Assembly (NCBI GenBank): GCA_937877715.1
Contig: CALEHW010000023.1
Location: 21,290 to 85,289 of the forward strand
Source of the DNA: an uncultured Methylophaga sp.
Lineage (GTDB): Bacteria; Pseudomonadota; Gammaproteobacteria; GCF-002020875
DNA: 64,000 nucleotides
Direction of reading: 5' to 3'
Positions 30,836 to 40,319 of this stretch are shown here, in pieces; the stretch's first letter is position 1; each line of letters opens with the position of its first letter. The position numbers and the translations under genes are program-made. The notes beneath the pieces were generated by a model. The model worked only from the letters and a program-made list of their open reading frames with translations, searched no databases and had not been told where the DNA came from.

Positions 30836-30948
30836 ATGTTCTGACTAACTGTCTCATACAGTACACTCAAGTACATCCATGTACCGCTCGACCGCGGCCA
30901 TCCCTTCCCTAGCCGCAGACGACTGTATGAGCCAGTTAGTCAGAACAT
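30836..30948. repeat. Imperfect 26-bp inverted repeat (25/26 matching) flanking a 61-bp core with internal palindromes. MITE-like or a structured regulatory element.
   Basis: atgttctgactaactgtctcatacag ... ctgtatgagccagttagtcagaacat. The core contains GTACATCCATGTAC. Confidence 0.6.
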
Positions 30949-30956
30949 CTTAAACA

Positions 30957-31643
30957 TTGAGCATGACTGAAAGCGATCGAATTAAACTTGAAGATAGGTG
31001 GAAGCAGGTACTGCTTGCGGAATTCAACGAACCCTACATGGTAGAGCTCCGCAGGTTTCTGCTGCAACGCAAAAAGCAGGGGGCAGCAATATTCCCCCCC
31101 TCCAGCCAGTGGTTCAATGCCTTCAACCATACCCCGTTCGATCGGGTGAAGGTGGTGATTATCGGACAGGACCCATACCATGGAGCAGGACAGGCGCATG
31201 GGCTCTGCTTCTCTGTGCAACCGGAGATCAAAATCCCTCCATCCCTGCTAAATATCTACAAGGAGTTGGCCTCGGATCTCAACATCCAGAACCGTAGAGG
31301 AACCCTCACCCCGTGGGCAGATCAGGGAGTGCTGCTGCTGAATGCAGTGCTAACCGTAGAGGCTGGTCAGGCTGGTGCCCACCAGGGCAAGGGGTGGGAG
31401 GAGTTTACCGATGCTGCAATTGATCACCTAAATCGGGAACGTGAACACCTGGTCTTTATCCTCTGGGGAGCCTATGCGCAGAAAAAGGGTAAACGTATCG
31501 ACCGCAGCAGGCATCTTGTCATCAGCTCACCACACCCATCACCCCTCTCTGCCCACAGAGGATTTTTTGGCAGCCACCCATTCTCGCAGACCAACCACTA
31601 CCTTGTTGAGCATGCGATTGAACCCATTAAATGGCAGCTGTAG
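30957..31643 (+). CDS. ung: Uracil-DNA glycosylase.
   Basis: 228 aa. GQDPYHGAGQAHGLCFSV is the Ung active-site motif. Confidence 0.95.
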   Translation: MSMTESDRIKLEDRWKQVLLAEFNEPYMVELRRFLLQRKKQGAAIFPPSSQWFNAFNHTPFDRVKVVIIGQDPYHGAGQAHGLCFSVQPEIKIPPSLLNIYKELASDLNIQNRRGTLTPWADQGVLLLNAVLTVEAGQAGAHQGKGWEEFTDAAIDHLNREREHLVFILWGAYAQKKGKRIDRSRHLVISSPHPSPLSAHRGFFGSHPFSQTNHYLVEHAIEPIKWQL

Positions 31644-31683
31644 TGGGCATTACTATTCAGCTGCATTATGGTTGCCATTTACA

Positions 31684-33588
31684 TCACTCAATCTCACCAT
31701 ACAGATCGAGCAGCAACTCCTCCCTCTCTTCAATCTGTCGGGTCAGCTCCCCCTTCTCCTGAAGAATCTGCCTAAGCCTCTCTCTGGCGCTATCCTCGTA
31801 GATCTCTGATTGTGCCAACTGCTGTTCCAACTCCAGAGAGCTTGACTCCAGCTCCCCAATCTCGCGCTCCACTCTGTCGATTCTCTTTTTGATTGGTGCC
31901 AACCTCTTTCTCTGTTCTGCCTCAATCCTGCGCTGCTCCTTGCGATTCACTCTCTGACTCTTGCTGCCGGCCTCACTCTCCGCTCTTCCAGAACCATTAC
32001 TGGAGCTCTTGCCTAAGCTATCTGCAGAACGGAGCCACTGCGCATAATCATCAAGATCACCGGAGAATGGCTCCACTCTGTGGTTTGCAACCAGAAGAAA
32101 CTGGTCAGCCACACCCTCCAGCAGATATCGATCGTGCGACACTACCACCAGCGCCCCCTCAAACTCTTGCAGCGCCACCACCAGTGCATGACGCATCTCA
32201 AGATCAAGATGGTTGGTTGGCTCATCCAGCAGCAGCAGATTGGGGCGTTGACGAATAATCATCGCCAACACCAGTCTCGCCTTCTCGCCCCCGGAGAGCG
32301 GCCCAACCGGATCTTTTACCCGATCATCCCTGAAGCCAAAACTTCCAAGATAGCCCCTCAACTCCTGCTCTGTAGCGTCAGGGTGGTTGCGCTGCAGATG
32401 AAGCAGTGGGGTTGCAGCAAGGTCGAGTAGCTCCAGCTGGTGCTGTGCAAAATATCCAATAGTGAGAGCCTTGGACTCTACACGCCCCCCCTGGAGCAGA
32501 GTCTGGGAAGAGGCCAGCAATTTCATCAGGGTAGATTTTCCCGCACCATTACGCCCCAGCAGGGCCATCCGGTCTCCAGGGTTGAGGGTGATCGAGAAAT
32601 CGTCCAGCACAATCGCCTCTCCATATCCGGCTACTGCATGATTAATAGTCAGCAGTGGATGAGGCAGCTTTTCTGGGGGCGAAAAATGAAAGTGGAATGG
32701 TGAGTCTACGTGTGCTGGTGCAATAGTCTCCATCCGCTCCAGTGCCTTGATCCTGCTCTGCACCTGCTTAGCCTTGGTTGCCTTGGCACGGAAACGCTCC
32801 ACAAAACGGTGCATATGCTCTTTCTCGCGCTGTTGCCTCTCCCACGCCGACTGTTGTTGCGCCAGCCTCTCGGCACGGATCCTCTCGAACGCACTGTAGT
32901 TTCCAGGAGTCAGCTCCATCCGCTGATGCTCTATATGGATAATCCCATTTACCACCCTATCCAGCACATCACGATCATGTGATATCAGCAGCAGGGTTCC
33001 GGGGTACTGCTTGAGCCAATCCTCCAGCCAGAAGACGGCATCCAGATCAAGATGGTTGGTTGGCTCATCAAGCAGCAGCAGATCAGAACGAGCCATCAGC
33101 GCCTGTGCCAGATTGAGGCGCATCCTCCATCCTCCAGAGAATGACTCTACCGGAAGATTCTCCTGCTCCACTGTGAAGCCCAGACCCTGCATAAGTTTTG
33201 CCGCACGGTTGCGGGCATTGAAGCCATCAATCGCTTCCATCTCCGCAAATAGTGCCCCCTGGCGCACCCCGTCACCACTCTGTTCTGCCTTGCTCAGCTC
33301 AAGCTGCAGGCGACGCAGCTCATGGTCGCCATCCATCACTAGATCGATTGCGCTGCAGCTCAGAGAGGGGGTCTCTTGGGCAACATGGGCGACTACCCAG
33401 CCAGGTGGAATCCTCAACTCACCCTCATCAACCCCAATCTCTCCGATAACAAGGGCGAACAGGCTAGATTTCCCGCTTCCATTTCCGCCAGTAACCCCGA
33501 CCTTCTGGCCAGGATGGATAGAGAGCGTACTATTTTCAAACAGCAGTCTTGGCCCTCGACGGATCGAGAGAGAGGAGATACGAATCAT
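31684..33588 (-). CDS. yheS: ABC-F family ATPase, YheS-like.
   Basis: 634 aa. MIRISSLSIRRGPRLL... and FSGGWRMRLNLAQAL, LLDEPTNHLDLDA closely track E. coli YheS. Confidence 0.85.
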   Translation of the reverse strand: MIRISSLSIRRGPRLLFENSTLSIHPGQKVGVTGGNGSGKSSLFALVIGEIGVDEGELRIPPGWVVAHVAQETPSLSCSAIDLVMDGDHELRRLQLELSKAEQSGDGVRQGALFAEMEAIDGFNARNRAAKLMQGLGFTVEQENLPVESFSGGWRMRLNLAQALMARSDLLLLDEPTNHLDLDAVFWLEDWLKQYPGTLLLISHDRDVLDRVVNGIIHIEHQRMELTPGNYSAFERIRAERLAQQQSAWERQQREKEHMHRFVERFRAKATKAKQVQSRIKALERMETIAPAHVDSPFHFHFSPPEKLPHPLLTINHAVAGYGEAIVLDDFSITLNPGDRMALLGRNGAGKSTLMKLLASSQTLLQGGRVESKALTIGYFAQHQLELLDLAATPLLHLQRNHPDATEQELRGYLGSFGFRDDRVKDPVGPLSGGEKARLVLAMIIRQRPNLLLLDEPTNHLDLEMRHALVVALQEFEGALVVVSHDRYLLEGVADQFLLVANHRVEPFSGDLDDYAQWLRSADSLGKSSSNGSGRAESEAGSKSQRVNRKEQRRIEAEQRKRLAPIKKRIDRVEREIGELESSSLELEQQLAQSEIYEDSARERLRQILQEKGELTRQIEEREELLLDLYGEIE

Positions 33589-33649
33589 CAGAATTTAATA
33601 GCTAACCAAAAATATGGAGAGATTATATACCCGCAACCATTTGGTTGTT

Positions 33650-34183
33650 CTATTCAGAGATGAACATATTGAACTTATCTGGACCAACCCGATAAGGAAA
33701 TTGCAGATAAAATTCAATCTCAAACGGCTTCTTTACAGGACCAATATTTGCACCTAGTAATACCCCATCTGTAGATGGCCGCAAGAAACGCATAATATCA
33801 TCCTCTTCCTCATCATCAGAAATGACGCGAACCATTCCAAGCAACTGATCCTCTGCATGAACTTCTTGGGTATAGGAGTTATAGAGAATAACCTGCGCCC
33901 CACATTGGGCAGAATAGAGAAGCTCTAGGTGATGGACATTATTTGGGGCATGAAAAAAACTACCCCCATAGTGTGCGGCATGATCAGAATGCGCTATAGA
34001 GAGTGGAGATTTGCAGTAAACCCCTTGACCCATCTTATAACGAGAACCACCACCGACCAGCTCCGCATTGTCATCCACCACAATACCGTAAAGACATGGG
34101 TCTGCGCCAATTGTCCTCTTTTCACCGCCCAGACCAATTATGATTGGCATCACAATAAGTGATATCATCAGAATCCTGATCAT
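33650..34183 (-). CDS. Hypothetical secreted protein (signal peptide).
   Basis: 177 aa. N-terminal hydrophobic leader MIRILMISLIVMPIIIGLGG. Last gene of the putative sco1 operon. Confidence 0.45.
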   Translation of the reverse strand: MIRILMISLIVMPIIIGLGGEKRTIGADPCLYGIVVDDNAELVGGGSRYKMGQGVYCKSPLSIAHSDHAAHYGGSFFHAPNNVHHLELLYSAQCGAQVILYNSYTQEVHAEDQLLGMVRVISDDEEEDDIMRFLRPSTDGVLLGANIGPVKKPFEIEFYLQFPYRVGPDKFNMFISE

Positions 34184-34355
34184 CTCCCCCCTCCTAACAA
34201 AAACTAAGGAATCTAAAGAAGTCGCTTCACAACTTATTCAGAGCTCCCTTGCAAGTTATCTGATTGTGGGAAGGAGAATAAAATAAATGCGTTGTAATAA
34301 GCATAATTCTGTTCCTTCCCCCACCCCCCTCCCACAGAAATTTTTCATGGTACCC

Positions 34356-34853
34356 CTATCTCAGATGAATTGTTTCAAATTCAAATGGCAGTTCGTAAAT
34401 ACTATCTCCCATTTCCACTCTCAGCACGGCAATCCACTCCATAAGGCTACGTATACAGACCGACAGGCTCCCCTCTCCCTGAAAGGTGGCATAGTCCCGC
34501 CCTGCGGCAAGCTCATACTGTAGAAACCCCATATACATATCTTTCCCCTCAAACAGCACCTCTACCCTCTCCGGTTTTGAACCACTAAATTTTGCGGTCA
34601 GCAATATCGATTCTGTTGGAGATGGATTTTTTGGGCTCATCTCAAACAACACCTCTCCCCCATCAGACAAAGTAGCACTACAGGCCTGCAGATGGAGCTG
34701 GCAATCCGCCGCCAGCGACAGACGGGTAACTCTTTTCTCTACTGATAAGGTTGAGAAATAAAACCCCAACCACATCGCCAACATCACAACTACCGCAGCG
34801 AGAAGAGCTCTCCATCTATGCCACAAATGACTGGCCAATAGATTCAGTCCCAC
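34356..34853 (-). CDS. Hypothetical membrane-anchored protein.
   Basis: 165 aa. N-terminal TM helix. Start overlaps the end of sco1 by 10 nt. Confidence 0.45.
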   Translation of the reverse strand: MGLNLLASHLWHRWRALLAAVVVMLAMWLGFYFSTLSVEKRVTRLSLAADCQLHLQACSATLSDGGEVLFEMSPKNPSPTESILLTAKFSGSKPERVEVLFEGKDMYMGFLQYELAAGRDYATFQGEGSLSVCIRSLMEWIAVLRVEMGDSIYELPFEFETIHLR

Positions 34854-35521
34854 GCTCTCTGGATTGTAGCAAGGTCTTTAACCATTACATCAGGATTGTG
34901 TGGAGCGGAGAAGACGGCATGCATGTCACCTTCAGGATTAACCAGGAAGATTGATGCTGAGTGGTTAATTAGATATGAATTCTCTACCCCCTCAGGCACA
35001 CCCTCTTCCTCGTCAATCAACAACTGCTTACCATTCAGATAGTAAACACGTTCATACATTGTACCCATTGCACGAGCCAGGATATCTACGCTCTCCTGCT
35101 CACCAGTTGTTCCAATAAATGATTGGTGATAATAACCCGCATACTCCTGCAGTGAATCAGGGGTATCTCGCTGAGGATCAACAGAGACAAAAACAACCTG
35201 TGGGACCTCAGCTACACTCTCCGGATTTTTTTCAATCTTGCGCATAACCTCACTCAACATAAACAACTCAGTCGGGCAAACATCCGGGCAATGCGTATAA
35301 CCGAAGAAGAATAGTGACCACTTCCCCTTTAGGTTCTCAGCACTGAACTTCCCCATATCTCTATGTTCAAAAATAAACTCCGGCAACTCTTTTGGTGGAG
35401 ACAACACCATTGAACCATCAAGGTTTAACCGTTCAGCAGAACGATCACAACCAGAAAGTACCGCCGACAAACCAAACAACAGCAAAAGTGCCACGCTGTT
35501 TTTTAAAAATATTCTTTTCAC
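34844..35521 (-). CDS. SCO1/SenC family copper chaperone (thioredoxin fold) lipoprotein.
   Basis: 225 aa. Lipobox LSGCD. FFGYTHCPDVCPTEL is the SCO CxxxC copper-binding motif. Confidence 0.85.
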   Translation of the reverse strand: MKRIFLKNSVALLLLFGLSAVLSGCDRSAERLNLDGSMVLSPPKELPEFIFEHRDMGKFSAENLKGKWSLFFFGYTHCPDVCPTELFMLSEVMRKIEKNPESVAEVPQVVFVSVDPQRDTPDSLQEYAGYYHQSFIGTTGEQESVDILARAMGTMYERVYYLNGKQLLIDEEEGVPEGVENSYLINHSASIFLVNPEGDMHAVFSAPHNPDVMVKDLATIQRAWD

Positions 35522-35579
35522 TATTCAATACTCCTTGAGAACGGACGGGGAGAATTCTCTCCCCATCCTCCTCTTGCTA

Positions 35580-36056
35580 TCAGTGATGCATCATCTGATG
35601 ACCACCACCTTTCATCATCATACCGCCTCTGCGTACCTCAGCCATAACCATCTGCTCACTACCATCACTAAAGCTCAGTGTTAGATGAATCTGATCACCT
35701 ACAGTTGGCACCTTGGCAGGGCCAATCATCATGATATGCCAGCTGCCTGGCTTCAGTACGGTACTGGAGTGTGGGGCAACTGGGATGTTCTTTTGCTGAA
35801 TCATCTTCATCATGCCATCTGCCATTTTGGTACGATGCATCTCTACACGGCCCAACTCAGCGGCAGCAGTAACTCCAATCAGTGCAACCTCGGAACCACT
35901 GTGATTTTCCAGACTCATAAATGCAGCCAGTGCAGGGGCATTTGGTGGTGCAGCACGCACCCATGGATCACTCACCATAACCCCCTCTGCACGAACAGAA
36001 AAAACGGTTGCCAATAAAAACAGTGTACTCAGGACACGGGATATATTCATATTCAT
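35580..36056 (-). CDS. Periplasmic copper chaperone PCu(A)C (DUF461) with a Met/His-rich C-terminus.
   Basis: 158 aa. Signal peptide. HxnMxnM arrangement. C-terminal MMMKGGGHQMMHH. Confidence 0.7.
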   Translation of the reverse strand: MNMNISRVLSTLFLLATVFSVRAEGVMVSDPWVRAAPPNAPALAAFMSLENHSGSEVALIGVTAAAELGRVEMHRTKMADGMMKMIQQKNIPVAPHSSTVLKPGSWHIMMIGPAKVPTVGDQIHLTLSFSDGSEQMVMAEVRRGGMMMKGGGHQMMHH

Positions 36057-36195
36057 TCTAAAATCTCTCTATATAATTTCTTGGTATGTTCGGCTCAACC
36101 GAGCCTGATAACCCCCACCCCCCTAATTTTATTACGAGATGGCAGGGTCATACACTCCACCTCTCCCAAGATGAAGTGATATTGAACTGCAGAAA

Positions 36196-36591
36196 CTATA
36201 CAGGTGGTGCCCTACCGAGGAAGCGGGGATAGGAGTGACTTTCCGGAGTCAGTGGAAGTCGCTCAACCCACTCCTCATGATCCTGTAATGTGTGAGAATC
36301 AAAAAGCGAACTGTAGCTATCAATCCAGCCTGTTGCGTTGGCCTGAACAATACATGTTGGACACTCATAGTAACTAGCATCCAACTGATCATCTGCCTGC
36401 TCCTGATCTATACCATCAAAAGCGACGAATACTGTCTTGTAGCCATAGGCTGTACAGATTGTTGTTGTATAGCCATTAACAGGTCCGGCTGTTGCAATCT
36501 GGAAATAGGGAACAATGGAGTGAAACAGGAAGGTGAAAACCCCAACCAGAAGGATGGAGCGCCTACGCTGCCCTGTTCTATCTCTTGACAT
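36196..36591 (-). CDS. Hypothetical exported or membrane protein. Start uncertain; the ORF track extends to a TTG at 36675.
   Basis: The ATG at 36591 gives MSRDRTGQRRRSILLVGVFTFLFHS, a signal-like sequence, followed by a Cys-containing mature part (YECPTC). Confidence 0.4.
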   Translation of the reverse strand: MSRDRTGQRRRSILLVGVFTFLFHSIVPYFQIATAGPVNGYTTTICTAYGYKTVFVAFDGIDQEQADDQLDASYYECPTCIVQANATGWIDSYSSLFDSHTLQDHEEWVERLPLTPESHSYPRFLGRAPPV

Positions 36592-36723
36592 TATATTAGT
36601 GACTAATGATTTGATTTCATTATGTAATGTTGAATAATAGCCACCCTTTTTACCTTTAACATTGATTGAAGTCAACCCGTAAGATTACAGTCGAAGTGCA
36701 ATTGTAATGTTATCCTTTGCCCC

Positions 36724-38559
36724 ATGATCCAACCACGCCTTCAAGCCAATGCCCTTGTTCTCTACAAGAGCGGCCCCGCCCGTATCACTGCCATCACCGA
36801 CAAAATCGAAATCCAGCTCCCCAACAGTAAGGGCAAGCGGGTGCGTGACAAGGATATCTTGCTACTCCACCCAGGTCCTATTCGATCCCTAACAGAACTG
36901 GAGCAACCCATTGAGGGAGAGGTTGAGGAGGCATGGGAACTATTGGGCGATGAGTCCACTACACTCGATGACCTGAGTGAACTGATTTTTGGCGAAATCA
37001 CACCGCATACTATCTGGGCTAGCTGGAAAATTGTTGCCGATGACCTCTATTTCCATGGGAGACCAGAGGATATCCGGAGCTACCCGGCAGAACACATCGA
37101 AACCGTACGCAACGAAAGAGAGTCCAAGGCACGGGCAGCAGAAGAGAAGGCCGCCTTTCTGGAGCGCCTAAAAAGTGGTGCCCTCATTCCTGATGACCAT
37201 GCCCAGCTGAGTGATGTGGAGATGGTCGCCCTCAAACGTAGTGGGGTAAGCCGAATCCTGCGTGATCTTGGAAGAGAACAGCGCCCGGAAAATGGCCACC
37301 ACCTGCTACTCGAGACCGGTTACTGGGATGAAAACCATAACCCCCACCCTCACAGAATGGGGCTGGAGACTACACCTCCACAAGGTGAGGTTCCAGACCT
37401 CCCGGATGAGGAGCGAGTTGATCTAACCCACCTCACCGCATGGGCTATTGATGATGAGGGCAACCGTGACCCCGATGACGCCATCAGTCTGGATGGAGAG
37501 AATATCTGGGTCCATGTGGCCGATGTTGCGGCACTGGTCAAACCAGATAGTGAGCTGGATCTGGAGGCACGTACCCGTGGGGCAAACCTCTACATACCAG
37601 AGGGCACACTGACCATGCTTCCCCCAAAGGCAACAGAGCTGCTTGGTCTGGGGCTGCAAGAGCGCTCACCAGCACTCTCCTTCAGCTTCATCCTGACAGA
37701 GAATGGAGAGGTAGATAATGTCGAGGTAGTGACCAGCTGGGTCAAGGTGACCCGAACCACCTATGGTGAGGTGGACAAACAGATTGAAGAGCCCCCCTTC
37801 GCATCACTCTACGAGAAGGCACTGCAGTATCAGCGGCGACGAATTAGCCAAGGCGCCATCCGTCTCGATCTTCCTGAGGTGAAGATTCGGGTAGTGGAGA
37901 ATGAGATAATCATCACCCCACTCCCCCGCCTACGCAGTCGTGATCTGGTGACCGAATTCATGTTGATGGCAGGAGAGGCTGCGGCACGCTTTTCACAGAA
38001 CAACAACATCCCCTTCCCCTACTCCACCCAGCCACCACCGGAACCGGATGAGAATGGGGAGTCCTGGCCATTGCCAGAGAGCCCATCCGAGATGTTTGGC
38101 TTCCGTCGCCGTTTTCAGCGCAGCCAGTTAAAGAGTATTCCAGGACCCCACTCTGGGCTGGGGATGGAGCAGTATAGCCAGGTAACCAGTCCGCTTAGAC
38201 GCTATCTTGATCTGGTTGCCCACCAACAGCTGCGGGCATGGATTCAGAAGAGGCCAATACTGGATAGCGATGAACTGACCGAGCGGGTTGGGGCTGCCGA
38301 GGCTGTGATTGGCAATGTGCGCCGTGCCGAGCGCTTCTCCAACCGTCACTGGACCATGGTCTGGCTACAGCGTAATCCAGAGTGGAGAGGAGAGGGGGTT
38401 TTGGTCCACACCATGAAGCAGCGCGGAACCTTCCTGATCCCGGAGCTGGCGCTGGAGTGCAAGGTGCGTCTGAAAGAGCCAACTGAACTAAACTGCAGCG
38501 TTCAGCTAAAATTATCAGAGGTGGATCTACCGGAACTGACCGCCTACTTCCGCAGCTAG
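36724..38559 (+). CDS. rnb: Exoribonuclease II / RNB-family 3'-5' exoribonuclease.
   Basis: 611 aa. RNB catalytic motif DLTHLTAWAIDDEGNRDPDDAISL. Confidence 0.8.
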   Translation: MIQPRLQANALVLYKSGPARITAITDKIEIQLPNSKGKRVRDKDILLLHPGPIRSLTELEQPIEGEVEEAWELLGDESTTLDDLSELIFGEITPHTIWASWKIVADDLYFHGRPEDIRSYPAEHIETVRNERESKARAAEEKAAFLERLKSGALIPDDHAQLSDVEMVALKRSGVSRILRDLGREQRPENGHHLLLETGYWDENHNPHPHRMGLETTPPQGEVPDLPDEERVDLTHLTAWAIDDEGNRDPDDAISLDGENIWVHVADVAALVKPDSELDLEARTRGANLYIPEGTLTMLPPKATELLGLGLQERSPALSFSFILTENGEVDNVEVVTSWVKVTRTTYGEVDKQIEEPPFASLYEKALQYQRRRISQGAIRLDLPEVKIRVVENEIIITPLPRLRSRDLVTEFMLMAGEAAARFSQNNNIPFPYSTQPPPEPDENGESWPLPESPSEMFGFRRRFQRSQLKSIPGPHSGLGMEQYSQVTSPLRRYLDLVAHQQLRAWIQKRPILDSDELTERVGAAEAVIGNVRRAERFSNRHWTMVWLQRNPEWRGEGVLVHTMKQRGTFLIPELALECKVRLKEPTELNCSVQLKLSEVDLPELTAYFRS

Positions 38560-38572
38560 CTAGGAGTCTGTC

Positions 38573-38839
38573 CTAGTTATCTCTCTTATCCCACTGCTCC
38601 ATGGTGTAGGTCTTGATTGCTAGCGCATGGAGTTCGCCGCTAGCCAGCACGTCGCTGACGGTAGTCATCACGGCACGCTGCTGAGCCAAAAGACCCTGCC
38701 CCTCAAAGCTGTCGCTGATAACTGTAGTCTCACAGCTGCAGCCATCCCCCTTCACCACTACTGTTGCGCCCGGAATCCCATCCTCGATTCTCTTCTTTAT
38801 ATCTGCCAGCTCCACTACCTCTTCTCCCTGTCTGCCCAC
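38573..38839 (-). CDS. BolA family protein (IbaG-like).
   Basis: 88 aa. ...HALAIKTYTMEQW matches the IbaG/BolA C-terminal pattern. Confidence 0.7.
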   Translation of the reverse strand: MGRQGEEVVELADIKKRIEDGIPGATVVVKGDGCSCETTVISDSFEGQGLLAQQRAVMTTVSDVLASGELHALAIKTYTMEQWDKRDN

Positions 38840-40308
38840 TCTGCCGCCTTGATCAGCAGCGAGTCGATTCGATTCCTGATCTTTCTCTTTCCTGATGCGT
38901 AGTTGTTGACCAGCACCGCAAAGGTCAGCTCTCTCCCCTTTGGGGTCTTCAAATGGCCTGCAATTGTACGAATGCCGGAGAGTGTGCCGGTTTTTGCCCA
39001 GACCTTCCCCTGCAGTGGAGTCTTGTGAAAACGGTAGCGCAGGGTACCATCGTGGCCCGCACGGGAAAGCGAACTCCTAAACACCCTTGCATCTGAGTGC
39101 CCCCTCATAGAGCTCAACACCTTGACCAAATCCTCCGGACGGAAAAGATTATAGCGAGAGAGTCCCGAACCATCTACCAGATGATAACGGTAGGATTTTA
39201 TCTTGAGCCTCTTGAGAAAACGGTTTATAGACTGCATGCCGCGGTCAACCGATCCCGACTTGATCACCTCACCATCTCTATTGCGCTTCACCCCAAGGGT
39301 GCGGAGCAGGTGCTCTGCCACCAAGTTAATACTTCTCTTGTTTGCCAACGGCAGAATCTCACTCAGTGGGTTGGAGTTGTGGCTCCAAATCAGACCACTC
39401 TGTTTCCTGTAACCCTTGATCTGGTCACTATCCAGCGCATTGCCGGTGACCTCAACCCCCGCCCTAATCACTGCCTCCTTGAAGAGCGCCGCAGCATATA
39501 TAGTAGGGTTATCGACCGTCACCTTGCCAGACATCTTTGGGTTGCGGCGCATCTTTTCTGGAACCGTAACCACAAATTTATTGGTGCCTCGCTCACGGCC
39601 GATCGCAACCCAGCTCTGCTCATCAGTTACCACCACCTCAGACTGCAGATAGTTATTCTCTGGATAGAGATGAATCTGACTCTTACTGAGCCTCTTCTTG
39701 CGGTTCTTCTCAATCCGATATCCCGCAACCCCGCCATGCACTGTCAACCCTGAGGATTGTGCAGAGAAGGCGTGGTTCTCATCATCCCAGGCCCACCCCT
39801 TTCCCAGTGGCTCATCAACAAAGAGGTTATCGATGCCGACAATATTGCCCTCGATCCGCTTCACCCCCTCACTCACCAACTGTCTTGCCCAACGGTCAAG
39901 AACCGTACGCCCCACAGCCCCCTCCGGGGTACCAAGAGTCGGGTCCCCTCCACCAATCAGCTGGAGATCACCACGGATCACCCCATCGGAGTGGATCTGT
40001 CGATGCGGAAACTGAATATGAGTTGTAAAGGTGTAGTCTGGACCGAGTCGGTCAAGGGCCACAGCAGTTGTAATCAACTTGACCACTGAGGCAGGAACGA
40101 ATGGGGTGGCCCCATTGCGTGAGTAGAGCACCTGGCCACTATCACTCTCGATAATGTGAATGCCCCAGTGTGCTGCAGGGGTGCTGGGGGCATCGATAAT
40201 GGCGTCCAGATCAGGTGCCATATTGGCAACTGCCCCTTGTGCCCACAACAGGGCTACAAGAGGCAGCAGAAGAGTGGATACCTGCCTACGCGGGTATGAC
40301 GAGAACAT
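38815..40308 (-). CDS. dacB: D-alanyl-D-alanine carboxypeptidase/endopeptidase (PBP4, peptidase S13).
   Basis: 497 aa. Signal peptide. PASVVKLITTAVAL (SxxK). Confidence 0.85.
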   Translation of the reverse strand: MFSSYPRRQVSTLLLPLVALLWAQGAVANMAPDLDAIIDAPSTPAAHWGIHIIESDSGQVLYSRNGATPFVPASVVKLITTAVALDRLGPDYTFTTHIQFPHRQIHSDGVIRGDLQLIGGGDPTLGTPEGAVGRTVLDRWARQLVSEGVKRIEGNIVGIDNLFVDEPLGKGWAWDDENHAFSAQSSGLTVHGGVAGYRIEKNRKKRLSKSQIHLYPENNYLQSEVVVTDEQSWVAIGRERGTNKFVVTVPEKMRRNPKMSGKVTVDNPTIYAAALFKEAVIRAGVEVTGNALDSDQIKGYRKQSGLIWSHNSNPLSEILPLANKRSINLVAEHLLRTLGVKRNRDGEVIKSGSVDRGMQSINRFLKRLKIKSYRYHLVDGSGLSRYNLFRPEDLVKVLSSMRGHSDARVFRSSLSRAGHDGTLRYRFHKTPLQGKVWAKTGTLSGIRTIAGHLKTPKGRELTFAVLVNNYASGKRKIRNRIDSLLIKAAEWADREKR

Positions 40309-40319
40309 ATCCTAAGCAG

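Noticed and set aside
36676-36723. ATTACA-N14-TGTAAT inverted repeat in the divergent region between the small exported protein gene and rnb.
   Set aside because: It is short and AT-rich. It could be chance or simply the overlapping -10/-35 elements of divergent promoters. Not enough evidence for a regulatory call.
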